Below, in pieces: positions 40,326-50,144 of a DNA stretch of 64,000 bases. The notes beneath the pieces are model-generated. The model was not told the origin of the DNA. It saw only the letters and a list, made by a program, of their open reading frames with translations, and made no database searches. Source of the DNA: a virus; IMG/VR virus record IMGVR_UViG_3300032093_000042, positions 32,001 through 96,000 of that record; one strand, written 5' to 3'. The position numbers and the translations under genes were made by a program. The stretch's first letter is position 1, and each line of letters opens with the position of its first letter.

Positions 40326-41343
40326 TATATTAAACGAAGTAATACAAGAAGGCGGCGCTGGAGGCCATATGGCACATCCATTTGATTTTGTAAATACAGG
40401 AGCTAAATTAGTGGATGTATTTTCTAAATCTGTAAAGTCATTAAAACAAGGCGCTGGCAGTGTTAAAATAGATGGTGTAAATGCTAGTATTCGTTTGGTA
40501 AATGGACAATTTGTGATGGATCGTGGTAGCGCAAAACCACTTGATATCAAAGGAATGCGACCAGAAGACTTGCCTAGTCGATTTGAACCAGGCCACGGAT
40601 TTATAAATATTGGTACCAAAGTAATTAATATTTTTGATGAATCAATTCCTAGTACAAAATCAGAATTAAAAAAATTAGGATTGTTAGATAATCCAAATAT
40701 ATTGTTTAATATAGAATATGTAGAAGGACAAACCAATGTTTTGGGTTATGGCGAAATAGGAAACTTTTTAGCTATTCACGGATTGAAAGAAATTAAGCCA
40801 AAAACATTTGGTAAAGATGGAAGTGTTAAATCGAGAGTAGCCAGTGAAATTCCATATGACAAAATAGCGATGCAATCTTATATAAATAAATTAAATAAGA
40901 TTGCTATGAAGTATGGATTTAAGGTGCTGGGTAGTGTTGATACTACTTTCAAATCAGAACCAAAACTAGCAAGTGTTTTAACTCAACCAGTTACATTGTA
41001 TCCAACGGGTGAAGCTGTAACTAAGTCTTTGAAGGATTGGTTGAAAGGTTTGAAGTTTACAACTCCACTAATTACAAGAGAACAATTTTTGAAAGCGGTT
41101 GAAAGTAGAAATATTAGTCAAAATTTTGCTGGGCAAGATTTAAATAAAGTGGTAAGTGATACAATTGTTTATTTAACTACGATTAAATTAGGCGATGAAA
41201 TATTAAAAAATGCTACAAGTGAAATCGGAGATCTAGATAAACATGAAGGTATAGTTGTAAGAGATACCAGTATTAGTTCTAACCCATTTAAAATTACAGG
41301 AAGTTTTATTATAAAAGGTCTCGGAAGTAAGTTTAAGAAATAA
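40309..41343 (+). CDS. ligase-like nucleotidyltransferase-fold protein with MIKLNNILNE leader
   Basis: EGGAGGHMAHPFD N-terminus; KIDG (motif I), NIEYV, HEGIVVR (motif IV), FKITG (motif V). Confidence 0.55.
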   Translation: MIKLNNILNEVIQEGGAGGHMAHPFDFVNTGAKLVDVFSKSVKSLKQGAGSVKIDGVNASIRLVNGQFVMDRGSAKPLDIKGMRPEDLPSRFEPGHGFINIGTKVINIFDESIPSTKSELKKLGLLDNPNILFNIEYVEGQTNVLGYGEIGNFLAIHGLKEIKPKTFGKDGSVKSRVASEIPYDKIAMQSYINKLNKIAMKYGFKVLGSVDTTFKSEPKLASVLTQPVTLYPTGEAVTKSLKDWLKGLKFTTPLITREQFLKAVESRNISQNFAGQDLNKVVSDTIVYLTTIKLGDEILKNATSEIGDLDKHEGIVVRDTSISSNPFKITGSFIIKGLGSKFKK

Positions 41344-41361
41344 AATAAATACGTATTTGTT

Positions 41362-42003
41362 ATGAAAAAAGCATCAGGTAAAAGTAATCTATCAATTGTA
41401 AAAGATTACGTCGAAGGCAACCGTCCATTTGTACAGTTTGGTTACGATCCCAATTTAAACAATAATAAACGCAAAGAAGGTGAAGAGTGGGAAGACTCAC
41501 AAGGTAGAAAGTGGATTTGGAAAAATGGTGTAAAACGTAGAGTTCCAAAGAAAGCTAAAATTATCAACGAACAACGTTGTAAAGAATGTAATATGGATGT
41601 TCGGTGGGGGAATTATTTAGATGATCGTGTATGGCCAAAAACGGGCATGTGTTACGATTGTTATATTAATTTTCAAACCAATCTGAAATTGATTGGTATG
41701 TTTGAAATTTACAACGAACTTCAAGATTTGAAGAATGAACGTAGTATTTTAGAAGACTATAAGAAAAAATTTGAAGAAAGCAAAAAATTTTGTGAAGAAA
41801 ATCAAGGTAAACCAGTTGAATTTTTAGAAGAAGATGGTTCTTTTGAACGATGGGAAGGTATTCAAGATTATAATAAAATACTAGAAGATTTAAATAAAGA
41901 TTTGGAGTTACTCTATAAACGTTTAGAAGAACTAAATGCCAAAATAAAAGAGTACGAAGAACAATATGAGTCAGCAAAATCTCAGAGAAATAATAAAAAG
42001 TGA
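41362..42003 (+). CDS. zinc-finger/coiled-coil protein immediately upstream of terL
   Basis: CKEC...CYDC and a C-terminal coiled coil; overlaps the terL start by 38 nt. Confidence 0.7.
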   Translation: MKKASGKSNLSIVKDYVEGNRPFVQFGYDPNLNNNKRKEGEEWEDSQGRKWIWKNGVKRRVPKKAKIINEQRCKECNMDVRWGNYLDDRVWPKTGMCYDCYINFQTNLKLIGMFEIYNELQDLKNERSILEDYKKKFEESKKFCEENQGKPVEFLEEDGSFERWEGIQDYNKILEDLNKDLELLYKRLEELNAKIKEYEEQYESAKSQRNNKK

Positions 42004-42811
42004 GTATAAGAAGTGTATAGAAGATCCTATATACTTCATGAAAAAGTACGTTAAGATTCAACATCCTATAAGAGGAACAGTTGGATTTGAACTATACCCA
42101 TTTCAAGAAGAGGCTTTGGAAGAGTTTGTTGATAATCAATTAAACATTGTTCTTAAAAGTCGTCAGATGGGTATTAGTACTCTTACCGCCGCATATAGTT
42201 TGTGGTTAATGACGTTCCACAATGATAAGAATATTCTTTGTATTAGTATTACTCAAGAAACCGCAAAAGAAATCGTTACCAAAGTAAGATTTGCAAATGA
42301 TAATCTTCCAAGTTGGTTGAAAGTTCCTTGTGTAGAAGACAATAGATTATCATTACGATTGAAGAATGGATCTCAAATCAAAGCGGTATCATCTGCCGGT
42401 ACCGCAGGTCGTTCATCAGCTCTATCATTACTAATTATTGACGAAGCTGCATTTATCGATGGTATTGAGGAAATTTGGCTGTCTGCTCAATATACATTAT
42501 CTACCGGTGGTAGAGCTATTATATTAAGTACTCCCAACGGCGTTGGTAACTTCTTCCATAAAACTTGGGTTGAAGCTGAAGAAGGTAAAAATAACTTCAA
42601 GACTATACGATTGCCATGGCATTTACATCCAGAAAGAGACCAGACTTGGAGAGATAAACAAACAGAATTGTCGGGTGTGAAAGGAGCCGCACAAGAATGT
42701 GATTGTCTATGGGGAGACTCTGTTGTTAGAGTTAAAGATAAATTGTCTGGAAAAGAATTTGATATTTCTTTGGAAAAGTTATATTCTGGGGATTTACAAT
42801 TATATGTATAA
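41966..42811 (+). CDS. terL: terminase large subunit, N-terminal ATPase part, fused to split intein IntN
   Basis: LYPFQ, KSRQMGIST (Walker A), LLIIDEAAF (Walker B), STPNG; ends QECD|CLWGDSVVRV...SLEKLY. Confidence 0.93.
   Translation: MSQQNLREIIKSEYKKCIEDPIYFMKKYVKIQHPIRGTVGFELYPFQEEALEEFVDNQLNIVLKSRQMGISTLTAAYSLWLMTFHNDKNILCISITQETAKEIVTKVRFANDNLPSWLKVPCVEDNRLSLRLKNGSQIKAVSSAGTAGRSSALSLLIIDEAAFIDGIEEIWLSAQYTLSTGGRAIILSTPNGVGNFFHKTWVEAEEGKNNFKTIRLPWHLHPERDQTWRDKQTELSGVKGAAQECDCLWGDSVVRVKDKLSGKEFDISLEKLYSGDLQLYV
42704..42808 (+). mobile_element. split intein N-fragment (35 aa)
   Basis: CLWGDSVVRVKDKLSGKEFDISLEKLYSGDLQLYV*: block A Cys1 motif plus the I.L..LY helix. Confidence 0.88.
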
Positions 42812-42814
42812 TAC

Positions 42815-43573
42815 ATGAATGTGATTGCGACTCATACGCATATGCCTAAAAATTATGCATCTATAGGATGGAATAAAATCAAACAACAATTAAGTTGTGA
42901 AACAGATTTATATTCAACCGAGGAAACAAAATCCGAATTGTTAAAAAACGATTATTATAAATTTTTATTTGGTCGTGCAAAGAATAGAACTTTGATGAAA
43001 CAAAATCCAAAATTATACAAATCTATTCTTTTTCATACGGAGATTCTAGAAAAATCATTTAAACAACAACAAAGTTACAAGGGATGGTATAGTTTTTCGT
43101 ACCGAATTCGTTTTATTGTTGAACATAACTACGATTTAATAAAATTGAAATGTCAATGTGGAAAAAAAATAACATGGACTAAATATTGTCGTAGATGTCC
43201 TGAATATCATAAAACCCAGACCGGTAAATCACACACTCCGGAAACAAAACAAAAAATGAGAGTATCCGCGTTAAAGTATCTATCAGAAACAAAAGGACAA
43301 ATTATACCCCGTTATAACAAGAGATCAATACAACTGATAGAGGAATTTGGTAATAAACATGGATATACATTTAGACATGCTGAAAACGGAGGTGAGGTTT
43401 TTCTTAAAGAACTTGGTTATTGGTTGGATGCATATGATGAGAAAAATAACGTCGTGTTGGAAATATATGAAAAAAGACACTATAAAAATGGTAAATTGAA
43501 ACAACGAGATTTCCAACGAGAAAATGAAATTAAAAATTTATTAGGGTGTAAATTGTTCACGATTGACATATGA
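42815..43573 (+). CDS. free-standing homing endonuclease (Cys cluster + NUMOD3-like + Vsr/PD-(D/E)XK-like domain)
   Basis: CQCG...YCRRC, GKSHTPETKQKMR, HAENGGE, YWLDAYD, VLEIYEKRH, RD..RE; lies between the intein halves; start may be ATG 42842. Confidence 0.8.
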   Translation: MNVIATHTHMPKNYASIGWNKIKQQLSCETDLYSTEETKSELLKNDYYKFLFGRAKNRTLMKQNPKLYKSILFHTEILEKSFKQQQSYKGWYSFSYRIRFIVEHNYDLIKLKCQCGKKITWTKYCRRCPEYHKTQTGKSHTPETKQKMRVSALKYLSETKGQIIPRYNKRSIQLIEEFGNKHGYTFRHAENGGEVFLKELGYWLDAYDEKNNVVLEIYEKRHYKNGKLKQRDFQRENEIKNLLGCKLFTIDI

Positions 43574-43911
43574 ATCATTCGAAAATTAAACTAAATACTA
43601 GATTTCAGATTTTGACTCCGACTGGATATCAGGATTTTTTTGGAATCAGAAAAGTAAAAAAAGATTGTTATTATACCATTTTATTGAGTAACGGAAAAAT
43701 AATAAAATGTTCGGATAATCATTCATTTATTTACAACAACGTCGAGGTTCGATCTCATGATATCAGTATTGGATCAAAAATATCAGGAGTTGATGGTATA
43801 GAGGTGGTTGTTGTATCAATAGAAAAATTTGAAAACACGATTGATTTGTATGATATAGTAAATGTATCAGGTGGTAATATTTTTAATGTAGATGGAATTG
43901 TTTCACATAAT
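43570..43911 (+). mobile_element. split intein C-fragment (114 aa)
   Basis: ILTPTGY..F, block B CSDNH, block F LYDI, block G IVSHN followed by Cys+1. Confidence 0.9.
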
Positions 43912-44763
43912 TGTGATTTTTCTACTTCTGGTAATCAAGTTGTTAGTGTAGATGTTCTTGAGTTTTACAAACAAACATATTTAAAAGATCCTATAGAAAA
44001 ACGTGGTAACAATCAAGATTTATGGATCTGGGATTATCCAAATTACAGCAAAAACTACATATTGACGGCGGATTGTGCTAGAGGAGATGGTGGAGATTTT
44101 AGTGCATTTCATGTTATTGACATTGAAACAATGGAACAAGTGGCTGAATACAAAGGTCAACTAACCACTAAAGATTACGGTAATTTATTAGTCAGTGTAG
44201 CTACTGAATATAATAACGCATTGTTAGTTGTAGAAAATAACAACGTAGGATGGGGAACTCTTCAACAGATTATAGATAGAGACTATCAGAATACGTTTTA
44301 TAGTGCAACCGATCTTACTATTGTAGATGTAGAAAAGTCTTATAGTAATAAATTACACGCGCAAGATAAAAAATTAGTCGCTGGGTTTACAACAACGAGT
44401 AAAAATAGACCATTAATAGTGAGTAATTTAGAGTTATTTTTTAGACAAAAACAAGTTATAATCAAATCAAAACGGTTATACGAAGAATTGAATGTATTTA
44501 TTTGGAACGGACCGAAAGCCGAAGCGATGAGAGGTTATAACGACGATTTGGTGATGTCTATTGGTATAGGATTATGGGTTCGTGAAACTGCTTTGAGGCT
44601 TAGAAACGATCAAATTGCATATAATAAAGCTATGATTTCTAAAATATCCAAAGTAACAAGTCCTGTAATATTACCTAGAGAAATTAGCTCTATACCGGAT
44701 TATCAAAAGACACTTGAATTTTCCGTTAATGATAAAAAAGAAAGTTTAACTTGGTTATTGTAA
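43570..44763 (+). CDS. terL: split intein IntC fused to the terminase large subunit C-terminal nuclease part
   Basis: After SHN| comes CDFSTSG, then LTADCARG.G.DFS, VVENN and GYNDDLVM nuclease motifs. Confidence 0.93.
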   Translation: MNHSKIKLNTRFQILTPTGYQDFFGIRKVKKDCYYTILLSNGKIIKCSDNHSFIYNNVEVRSHDISIGSKISGVDGIEVVVVSIEKFENTIDLYDIVNVSGGNIFNVDGIVSHNCDFSTSGNQVVSVDVLEFYKQTYLKDPIEKRGNNQDLWIWDYPNYSKNYILTADCARGDGGDFSAFHVIDIETMEQVAEYKGQLTTKDYGNLLVSVATEYNNALLVVENNNVGWGTLQQIIDRDYQNTFYSATDLTIVDVEKSYSNKLHAQDKKLVAGFTTTSKNRPLIVSNLELFFRQKQVIIKSKRLYEELNVFIWNGPKAEAMRGYNDDLVMSIGIGLWVRETALRLRNDQIAYNKAMISKISKVTSPVILPREISSIPDYQKTLEFSVNDKKESLTWLL

Positions 44764-44786
44764 ATACTTATATAATAGAATAATAT

Positions 44787-46730
44787 ATGGCTGATCAATC
44801 ATTTCAGGAATTAAGAAATCGTTCATTGTTTGCACGTTTGAAACGTTTGTTTTCAAACGATGTAATTGTTAGAAACATTGGCGGTAAAAAGTTAAAGGTA
44901 GTTGATACCGATGAAATTCAATATGCCACGGATCGTAATAGTTTAAGAGATCGTTTTAATAGATTACGTACTACTTCATATAATCAATATACCAGAGATT
45001 TCAATCTATCATATCAAAGCAGTCGTGTAGAACTATTTCGTGACTATGATACGATGGACATGGATCCAATTCTAGCATCTGCTTTGGATATCTATGCCGA
45101 TGAATGTACCACGCGAGATGAAATGGGGGAAATTTTACAAATTAAATCCAGTAATGATGAAATTAAAAACATACTTCATAACTTATTTTATGATATTCTA
45201 AATATTGAATTTAATCTATGGAGTTGGACTCGGTGTATGGTTAAATATGGAGATTTTTATCTTCGTTTACATATTAGTCCGGAATACGGTGTATATATGG
45301 TTGAACCGTTAAGCACTTATTATGTCACCCGAGTTGAAAATGCACATTTGCAAAACAAAAATTTTGTAAAATTTCAAGTTAATCTTCCATATGGCAATAA
45401 AATGGAAGATCTTGAAAATTATCAAATTGCACATTTTAGATTATTAAGTGATAGTAACTTCTTGCCATACGGTAAGAGTATGTTGGAAGGTGCTCGTCGG
45501 GTTTGGAAACAATTGAGTTTGATGGAAGATGCAATGTTAATTCATCGTATCATGCGTGCTCCTGAAAAACGTATCTTCAAAGTTGATATCGGCAATATTC
45601 CTCCAAATGAAGTTGACAATCATATGGAACGAATTATGACTCAGATGAAAAAGGTTCCATATGTAGATCAACAAACAGGCGATTACAATTTACGTTTCAA
45701 TTTACAAAACATGGTTGAAGATTTCTTCTTGCCAGTTCGTGGTAGTGATAGTGGTACAAGCATTGATAATTTGCCCGGATTGGAGTGGACAGGTACAGAC
45801 GATATTGAATATCTTCGCAATAAGATGATGGCCGCACTTAAGATTCCAAAAGCATTTTTAGGATACGATGAAAGTTTAAGTGGTAAAGCTACGTTAGCGG
45901 CTGAAGATATTCGTTTTGCTAGAACGATTCAACGTATACAGAGAATTATTGTAAGTGAATTAAATAAGATTGCCTTAATTCATTTATACAGTCAAGGATA
46001 TCGCGATGAATCACTTGTTGATTTTACGTTAGAGTTGACCAATCCATCTACTATTTTTGAAAAAGAAAAAATAGATGTTTGGAAGAGTAAAGTTGAAGTA
46101 TCTAAAGACATGCAAGAAAATAAGTTTTTTAGCAAAAAGTGGATTTATGAAAACGTGTTTGGTTTAAGTGATCAAAACATGATAGAGTTACAAAAACAAT
46201 TAGTCGATGATGCTAAAGGTACTTATAGATTTAAGCAAATTGAAGACGAAGGTAATGATCCGGCGATTAAGTTTTTGCAATCAAGTGAAGAAAAAACGGA
46301 TGGAGAAGGTGGAGGAGATGAACCTCCCTCTGACAGTGGATTACCCACAGGAGATTCCGATATAAATTCAGAACTATCAGGTAATAAAAAAGAAGAACCC
46401 CAAAAAGAACCAACTAAAGAACCATCTAAAGAACCATCTAAAGAACCAACTGGAGCTGCGGGGTCAACTCCTCCAAAATTGTCCGAAAGAGATCAAAGTG
46501 GTAGAAAAGATGCTCGTAAATATCGGTTTGGAGAGGATCCCTTGGGTACGCTAGAAAATAACAGACGAAGTGATCTATCAGTAACACACAAATATAAAAA
46601 CAAATCTCCATTATCATTGGAATCGTTGTCAGGACTTAATGATATGTTAAATACAGTTGATCAAGAAAAACAAATTTTAAGAGAGGGAAACGAAAAATCC
46701 TTTATGGATGAAAGAAATATAAAAGAATAA
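44787..46730 (+). CDS. gp20: portal protein (gp20-like) with a low-complexity C-terminal extension
   Basis: DY..MD.DP...ALDIYADE, YGDF, PYGKSMLE.AR..WKQL.LMEDAMLI.RI.RAPEKRIF.VD.GN, EDFFLP.RG, DDIEY...K...ALKIP. Confidence 0.95.
   Translation: MADQSFQELRNRSLFARLKRLFSNDVIVRNIGGKKLKVVDTDEIQYATDRNSLRDRFNRLRTTSYNQYTRDFNLSYQSSRVELFRDYDTMDMDPILASALDIYADECTTRDEMGEILQIKSSNDEIKNILHNLFYDILNIEFNLWSWTRCMVKYGDFYLRLHISPEYGVYMVEPLSTYYVTRVENAHLQNKNFVKFQVNLPYGNKMEDLENYQIAHFRLLSDSNFLPYGKSMLEGARRVWKQLSLMEDAMLIHRIMRAPEKRIFKVDIGNIPPNEVDNHMERIMTQMKKVPYVDQQTGDYNLRFNLQNMVEDFFLPVRGSDSGTSIDNLPGLEWTGTDDIEYLRNKMMAALKIPKAFLGYDESLSGKATLAAEDIRFARTIQRIQRIIVSELNKIALIHLYSQGYRDESLVDFTLELTNPSTIFEKEKIDVWKSKVEVSKDMQENKFFSKKWIYENVFGLSDQNMIELQKQLVDDAKGTYRFKQIEDEGNDPAIKFLQSSEEKTDGEGGGDEPPSDSGLPTGDSDINSELSGNKKEEPQKEPTKEPSKEPSKEPTGAAGSTPPKLSERDQSGRKDARKYRFGEDPLGTLENNRRSDLSVTHKYKNKSPLSLESLSGLNDMLNTVDQEKQILREGNEKSFMDERNIKE
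46404..46451 (+). repeat. 4 x 12-bp coding tandem repeat (KEPT/KEPS)
   Basis: aaagaacca(a/t)ct x4. Confidence 0.9.
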
Positions 46731-46786
46731 ATACAAATACTATATATTTAAATAGTTCTTATATATTTATAAATAATATTAATATT

Positions 46787-47671
46787 ATGCATAAGAAAGC
46801 AAAACATTCAAAATTTAAGAATGCTGGAATATTGTTTGAACTTCTTACGCGTCAAATTACTGCAGATATTTTGGCGGGTAGAGATGAATCATTTACTAAA
46901 AATTTAATGTTTAAATACTTTCACGAAAGTAAAGAGCTTGGTAAAGAAGCACAGTTATACAATTTTGTTTTGCATCAAACCAGCAAAGATACCACATCCG
47001 CAGATCGTATTTTAAATGTTGTTTTACAAACACGTTCAAAATTAGATGAACGTGAATTGAACAAACAAAAATATAACGTAATCAAAGAAATAAAAGAAAA
47101 GTACAATATTGATGAATTTTTGAAGAACAAGATTCCCAATTATAAATTATACGCTTCTATTTATAAACTATTTGAAAATCAAGTAGAATGTGAAGTTAAG
47201 TTTGATATAAAAGAGTTAGTCGAGTCCAGAGAATATATCGTTGAAAATTTAACTAAAGAAAAAAAGAATAGTGAAGAAAGTTTGGATGTTTATGGAAGTC
47301 AGAGTGCAGAAGTAAGATTGTTAGCATATAAATTCTTGATTGAAAATTTTAACACTAAGTATAGTAATTTGTTACCTTCACAAAAGAAACTACTTAAAGA
47401 ATACATTACAAATATTAGTAATTCAAGTAAATTTACTAAATTTGTAAATGAAGAGTATAAAAGAATAAGCATTTTATTGAAAGAAAATTTACAAACTGTA
47501 AATTCCGATGTGGTTAAAATTAAAATAACAGAAGTTGTTAATCAGTTTTCAAATAAAAACGTTGCGGGTGTGGTAAAAGAAAATCAGTTAACTTCATTGT
47601 TGAATGCATACGAATTAGTTGAAGAACTTGAAAAGTTAAAGAATGAAGGTACATCTAAAAAAGAAAATTAA
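46787..47671 (+). CDS. head-assembly region protein (hypothetical)
   Basis: KHSKFKNAGILFELL, NYKLYASIY..FE; lies between portal and protease. Confidence 0.7.
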   Translation: MHKKAKHSKFKNAGILFELLTRQITADILAGRDESFTKNLMFKYFHESKELGKEAQLYNFVLHQTSKDTTSADRILNVVLQTRSKLDERELNKQKYNVIKEIKEKYNIDEFLKNKIPNYKLYASIYKLFENQVECEVKFDIKELVESREYIVENLTKEKKNSEESLDVYGSQSAEVRLLAYKFLIENFNTKYSNLLPSQKKLLKEYITNISNSSKFTKFVNEEYKRISILLKENLQTVNSDVVKIKITEVVNQFSNKNVAGVVKENQLTSLLNAYELVEELEKLKNEGTSKKEN

Positions 47672-48662
47672 AGAACTTTTACATAAGTTAAAAGTTAAAA
47701 ACGAAGCTAGTATGACTGGTACGGCTCCTGTAGCATCGGGTCCTGTTGCGGTAGGAGGAGATGCTGCTAGAACGCCATTTGCATTTTCAAAAAGAGGCAC
47801 TCGTCCTTCAACTTATAATCAATTGGGTTATAAATTAGCAAAAAATATTAAAAAGAGTCCAAATTTTAAATTAGAAAATCAAGTTTATAGTCAACCTTCA
47901 TATACAACACCATCTTTTAATATAGAACCAACCAATACATATTTTGACAAGAATGGATTGGTGCAACACAACGATCCCAACATTGATCCAAATTTAATAG
48001 GATATAAACAAGGCAATCTGCCTGTAACCGAAGGTTTTAATGGATTGAAATACGAACAAGAAGGACAAAAACCTTTACAACAAAACGTTAAACAGTCTTT
48101 ACCAACCAATTCAGTTCAACCACTCAAACAACAATCTGTTACACCACCCACACAATCGGCTGTTCAACCGTCGGTTAATATTAAAAATTATGATGTTTTA
48201 CCAGATTTCACGTCGTTTGATACCAAATTAAAAAGTAGCACAGAATCTTTAAAAAACAATTTACAAAAAACTATTCAAGATAAAATTTTGGGTAAAAAAA
48301 TAGTGGTAAGAGCTAGCAAAGGATATAAGCAACCAGAAACAGATTATACAATAAATGTTACAGGTGTAGCAATAGATTACTACTATGATAGATATGTTAT
48401 TATTATAATAGGACGTGAAGAAAATAAACAAAAGGTTGCTAAGTTTTTCATTAAACCCGGATTTTCAATAAAAATATTAGGCACAGCGGAGCTTAAACCT
48501 AAAGATAAATATCAGGTAGCTAAGTCTCAGGCATTGGTAAGTCCACAACAATCGGCTACACCAACAAATACGGTGACTTCCGATGAAGAAGAAGCTTCAA
48601 AAACACCAGACGAAACTTCTTCTAAGAATCAACAACAATCTCCTACACAAGTAAAAGTATAA
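47643..48662 (+). CDS. hypothetical head-region protein
   Basis: 339 aa, Q/P-rich linkers, TPFAF motif. Confidence 0.6.
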   Translation: MKVHLKKKIKELLHKLKVKNEASMTGTAPVASGPVAVGGDAARTPFAFSKRGTRPSTYNQLGYKLAKNIKKSPNFKLENQVYSQPSYTTPSFNIEPTNTYFDKNGLVQHNDPNIDPNLIGYKQGNLPVTEGFNGLKYEQEGQKPLQQNVKQSLPTNSVQPLKQQSVTPPTQSAVQPSVNIKNYDVLPDFTSFDTKLKSSTESLKNNLQKTIQDKILGKKIVVRASKGYKQPETDYTINVTGVAIDYYYDRYVIIIIGREENKQKVAKFFIKPGFSIKILGTAELKPKDKYQVAKSQALVSPQQSATPTNTVTSDEEEASKTPDETSSKNQQQSPTQVKV

Positions 48663-48663
48663 T

Positions 48664-49269
48664 ATGAAACAAGTATTAATAGACGTATTACCATTTGAGT
48701 TTAAAAAATCGTCATTGAATGAATCTTATTCAGATGGAAAAATGGTAGTGACAGGCGTTCTTCAACGTGCTGATGCAAAAAATCAAAATGGTAGAGTATA
48801 TCCATCCGAAATTTTAAAAAGAGAATCGGAGAAATACATGGACAATTTCGTAAAACAACGTCGTGCCATGGGTGAATTAGACCACCCCGAATCTTCCGTT
48901 GTAAATTTGAAAAACGTTAGTCATAATATTATTGACATGGGATGGGACGGTAAAGATTTGATGGGTACGGTTGAAATTTTACCAACTCCAAGTGGTAATA
49001 TTTTGAAAGATCTTCTTAAGGCTGGTATTTTGTTGGGAATTAGTAGCCGGGGACTGGGATCTGTTAAAAAAGATATGAGAGAAAACGCAGATGTTGTACA
49101 AGACGATTTTGATTTAATAGCGTTTGATTTTGTTAGCAATCCAAGTACACAAGGAGCGTTTATGTATCCACAAGGAAAAATAAATGAAAGTGTCGATCAA
49201 TCAAAAACAATTATTAATCCTTATAGTAACGTTGAAAGAATTATCCACAACATTCTATCAGAACTATAA
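48664..49269 (+). CDS. gp21: prohead core protease (gp21-like)
   Basis: NQNGRVYP, GELDHP, VSH, TPSG.I, GISSRGLGS, FDFVSNPST..A. Confidence 0.95.
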   Translation: MKQVLIDVLPFEFKKSSLNESYSDGKMVVTGVLQRADAKNQNGRVYPSEILKRESEKYMDNFVKQRRAMGELDHPESSVVNLKNVSHNIIDMGWDGKDLMGTVEILPTPSGNILKDLLKAGILLGISSRGLGSVKKDMRENADVVQDDFDLIAFDFVSNPSTQGAFMYPQGKINESVDQSKTIINPYSNVERIIHNILSEL

Positions 49270-49281
49270 TATTTATAAAGT

Positions 49282-49707
49282 ATGAAATTAAAACATTTAC
49301 TAGAAAATTCGACTGAACACGCATATACTCCACTTACCGTATATGAAAAGAAAAATATGGTTGAAACTATCAAGGCTTATAATCAATATCGCAAAGGATT
49401 AAAAGCTGAGGGAGTATATGCTACCGCTCAAAAAATAATGGAGGCCGTTAACTTGGCCGAACGTTATGCTTTAAAAGAATGTGGCGATTGGATGGAAGCT
49501 AAGATGGTGGAACGTGACATGAAAGAAATCAAACGTGATGCCGCTAAAATGTACGAAGAAGCACAAAAAATGAAATCCATTGAAAAACAACTAGAAATGT
49601 TGTATGAAGAAGTTGGTCGTCGTTTGGAAAGATATTTTGAAATTGCGGATATCACTCCGACAACCGACACTAAGTCTTTAACTGATTCATCGGAATTGAA
49701 TCAATAA
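49282..49707 (+). CDS. helical hypothetical protein with MKLKHLLE leader
   Basis: TATTTATA 4 nt upstream; LYEE.G..L.RYFEI. Confidence 0.7.
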   Translation: MKLKHLLENSTEHAYTPLTVYEKKNMVETIKAYNQYRKGLKAEGVYATAQKIMEAVNLAERYALKECGDWMEAKMVERDMKEIKRDAAKMYEEAQKMKSIEKQLEMLYEEVGRRLERYFEIADITPTTDTKSLTDSSELNQ

Positions 49708-50143
49708 ATTCAATCATTTTATTAAACGTTTCAAAAACGTATTTTCTATTTGTTTCTAATACATAGCCTTCGTCAGTTTTATAGACGAAGGCTTTTGTTT
49801 TTTCATTTTCCATTTTTATTGATGGAATTTCAATTTCACTAAACATTTTGTATTCATCATCAATACGAAAATTCATTTCTCCCAACATATCCAATTCTTT
49901 AAAATCCCATCCATTTGGGTGGTCAATATCTTCTAGTTTATAAATTTTTACATCTTCTTCAAAATTATCATTATTAATAAAATTAATTAGTTTAGGACTT
50001 TTATAATTGTTATAATTATTATTCATTGAACGCACGTCGGGATTAGAATAAGGGTTTTCTTCTCCGGTTCTTTTAATATTTTTATAAGATTCCTTTTTAT
50101 TATTTATATGTTTATTAAAGTTTGGATTGAAATTGTATGGCAT
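49670..50143 (-). CDS. hypothetical protein
   Basis: Probable start MPYNFNP at 50143, 1 nt after the stop of the upstream minus-strand gene. Confidence 0.6.
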   Translation of the reverse strand: MPYNFNPNFNKHINNKKESYKNIKRTGEENPYSNPDVRSMNNNYNNYKSPKLINFINNDNFEEDVKIYKLEDIDHPNGWDFKELDMLGEMNFRIDDEYKMFSEIEIPSIKMENEKTKAFVYKTDEGYVLETNRKYVFETFNKMIEFIDSIPMNQLKT

Positions 50144-50144
50144 A

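Noticed and set aside
42812-43569. Group I intron or assembly error as the cause of the terL split
   Set aside because: Intein motifs flank the break on both sides, and the endonuclease ORF fills the gap with no room for a ribozyme core
46768-46775. Canonical T4 late promoter TATAAATA
   Set aside because: Arises here from the palindrome TATTTATAAATA; the recurrent gene-oriented motif is TATTTAT(A/T)
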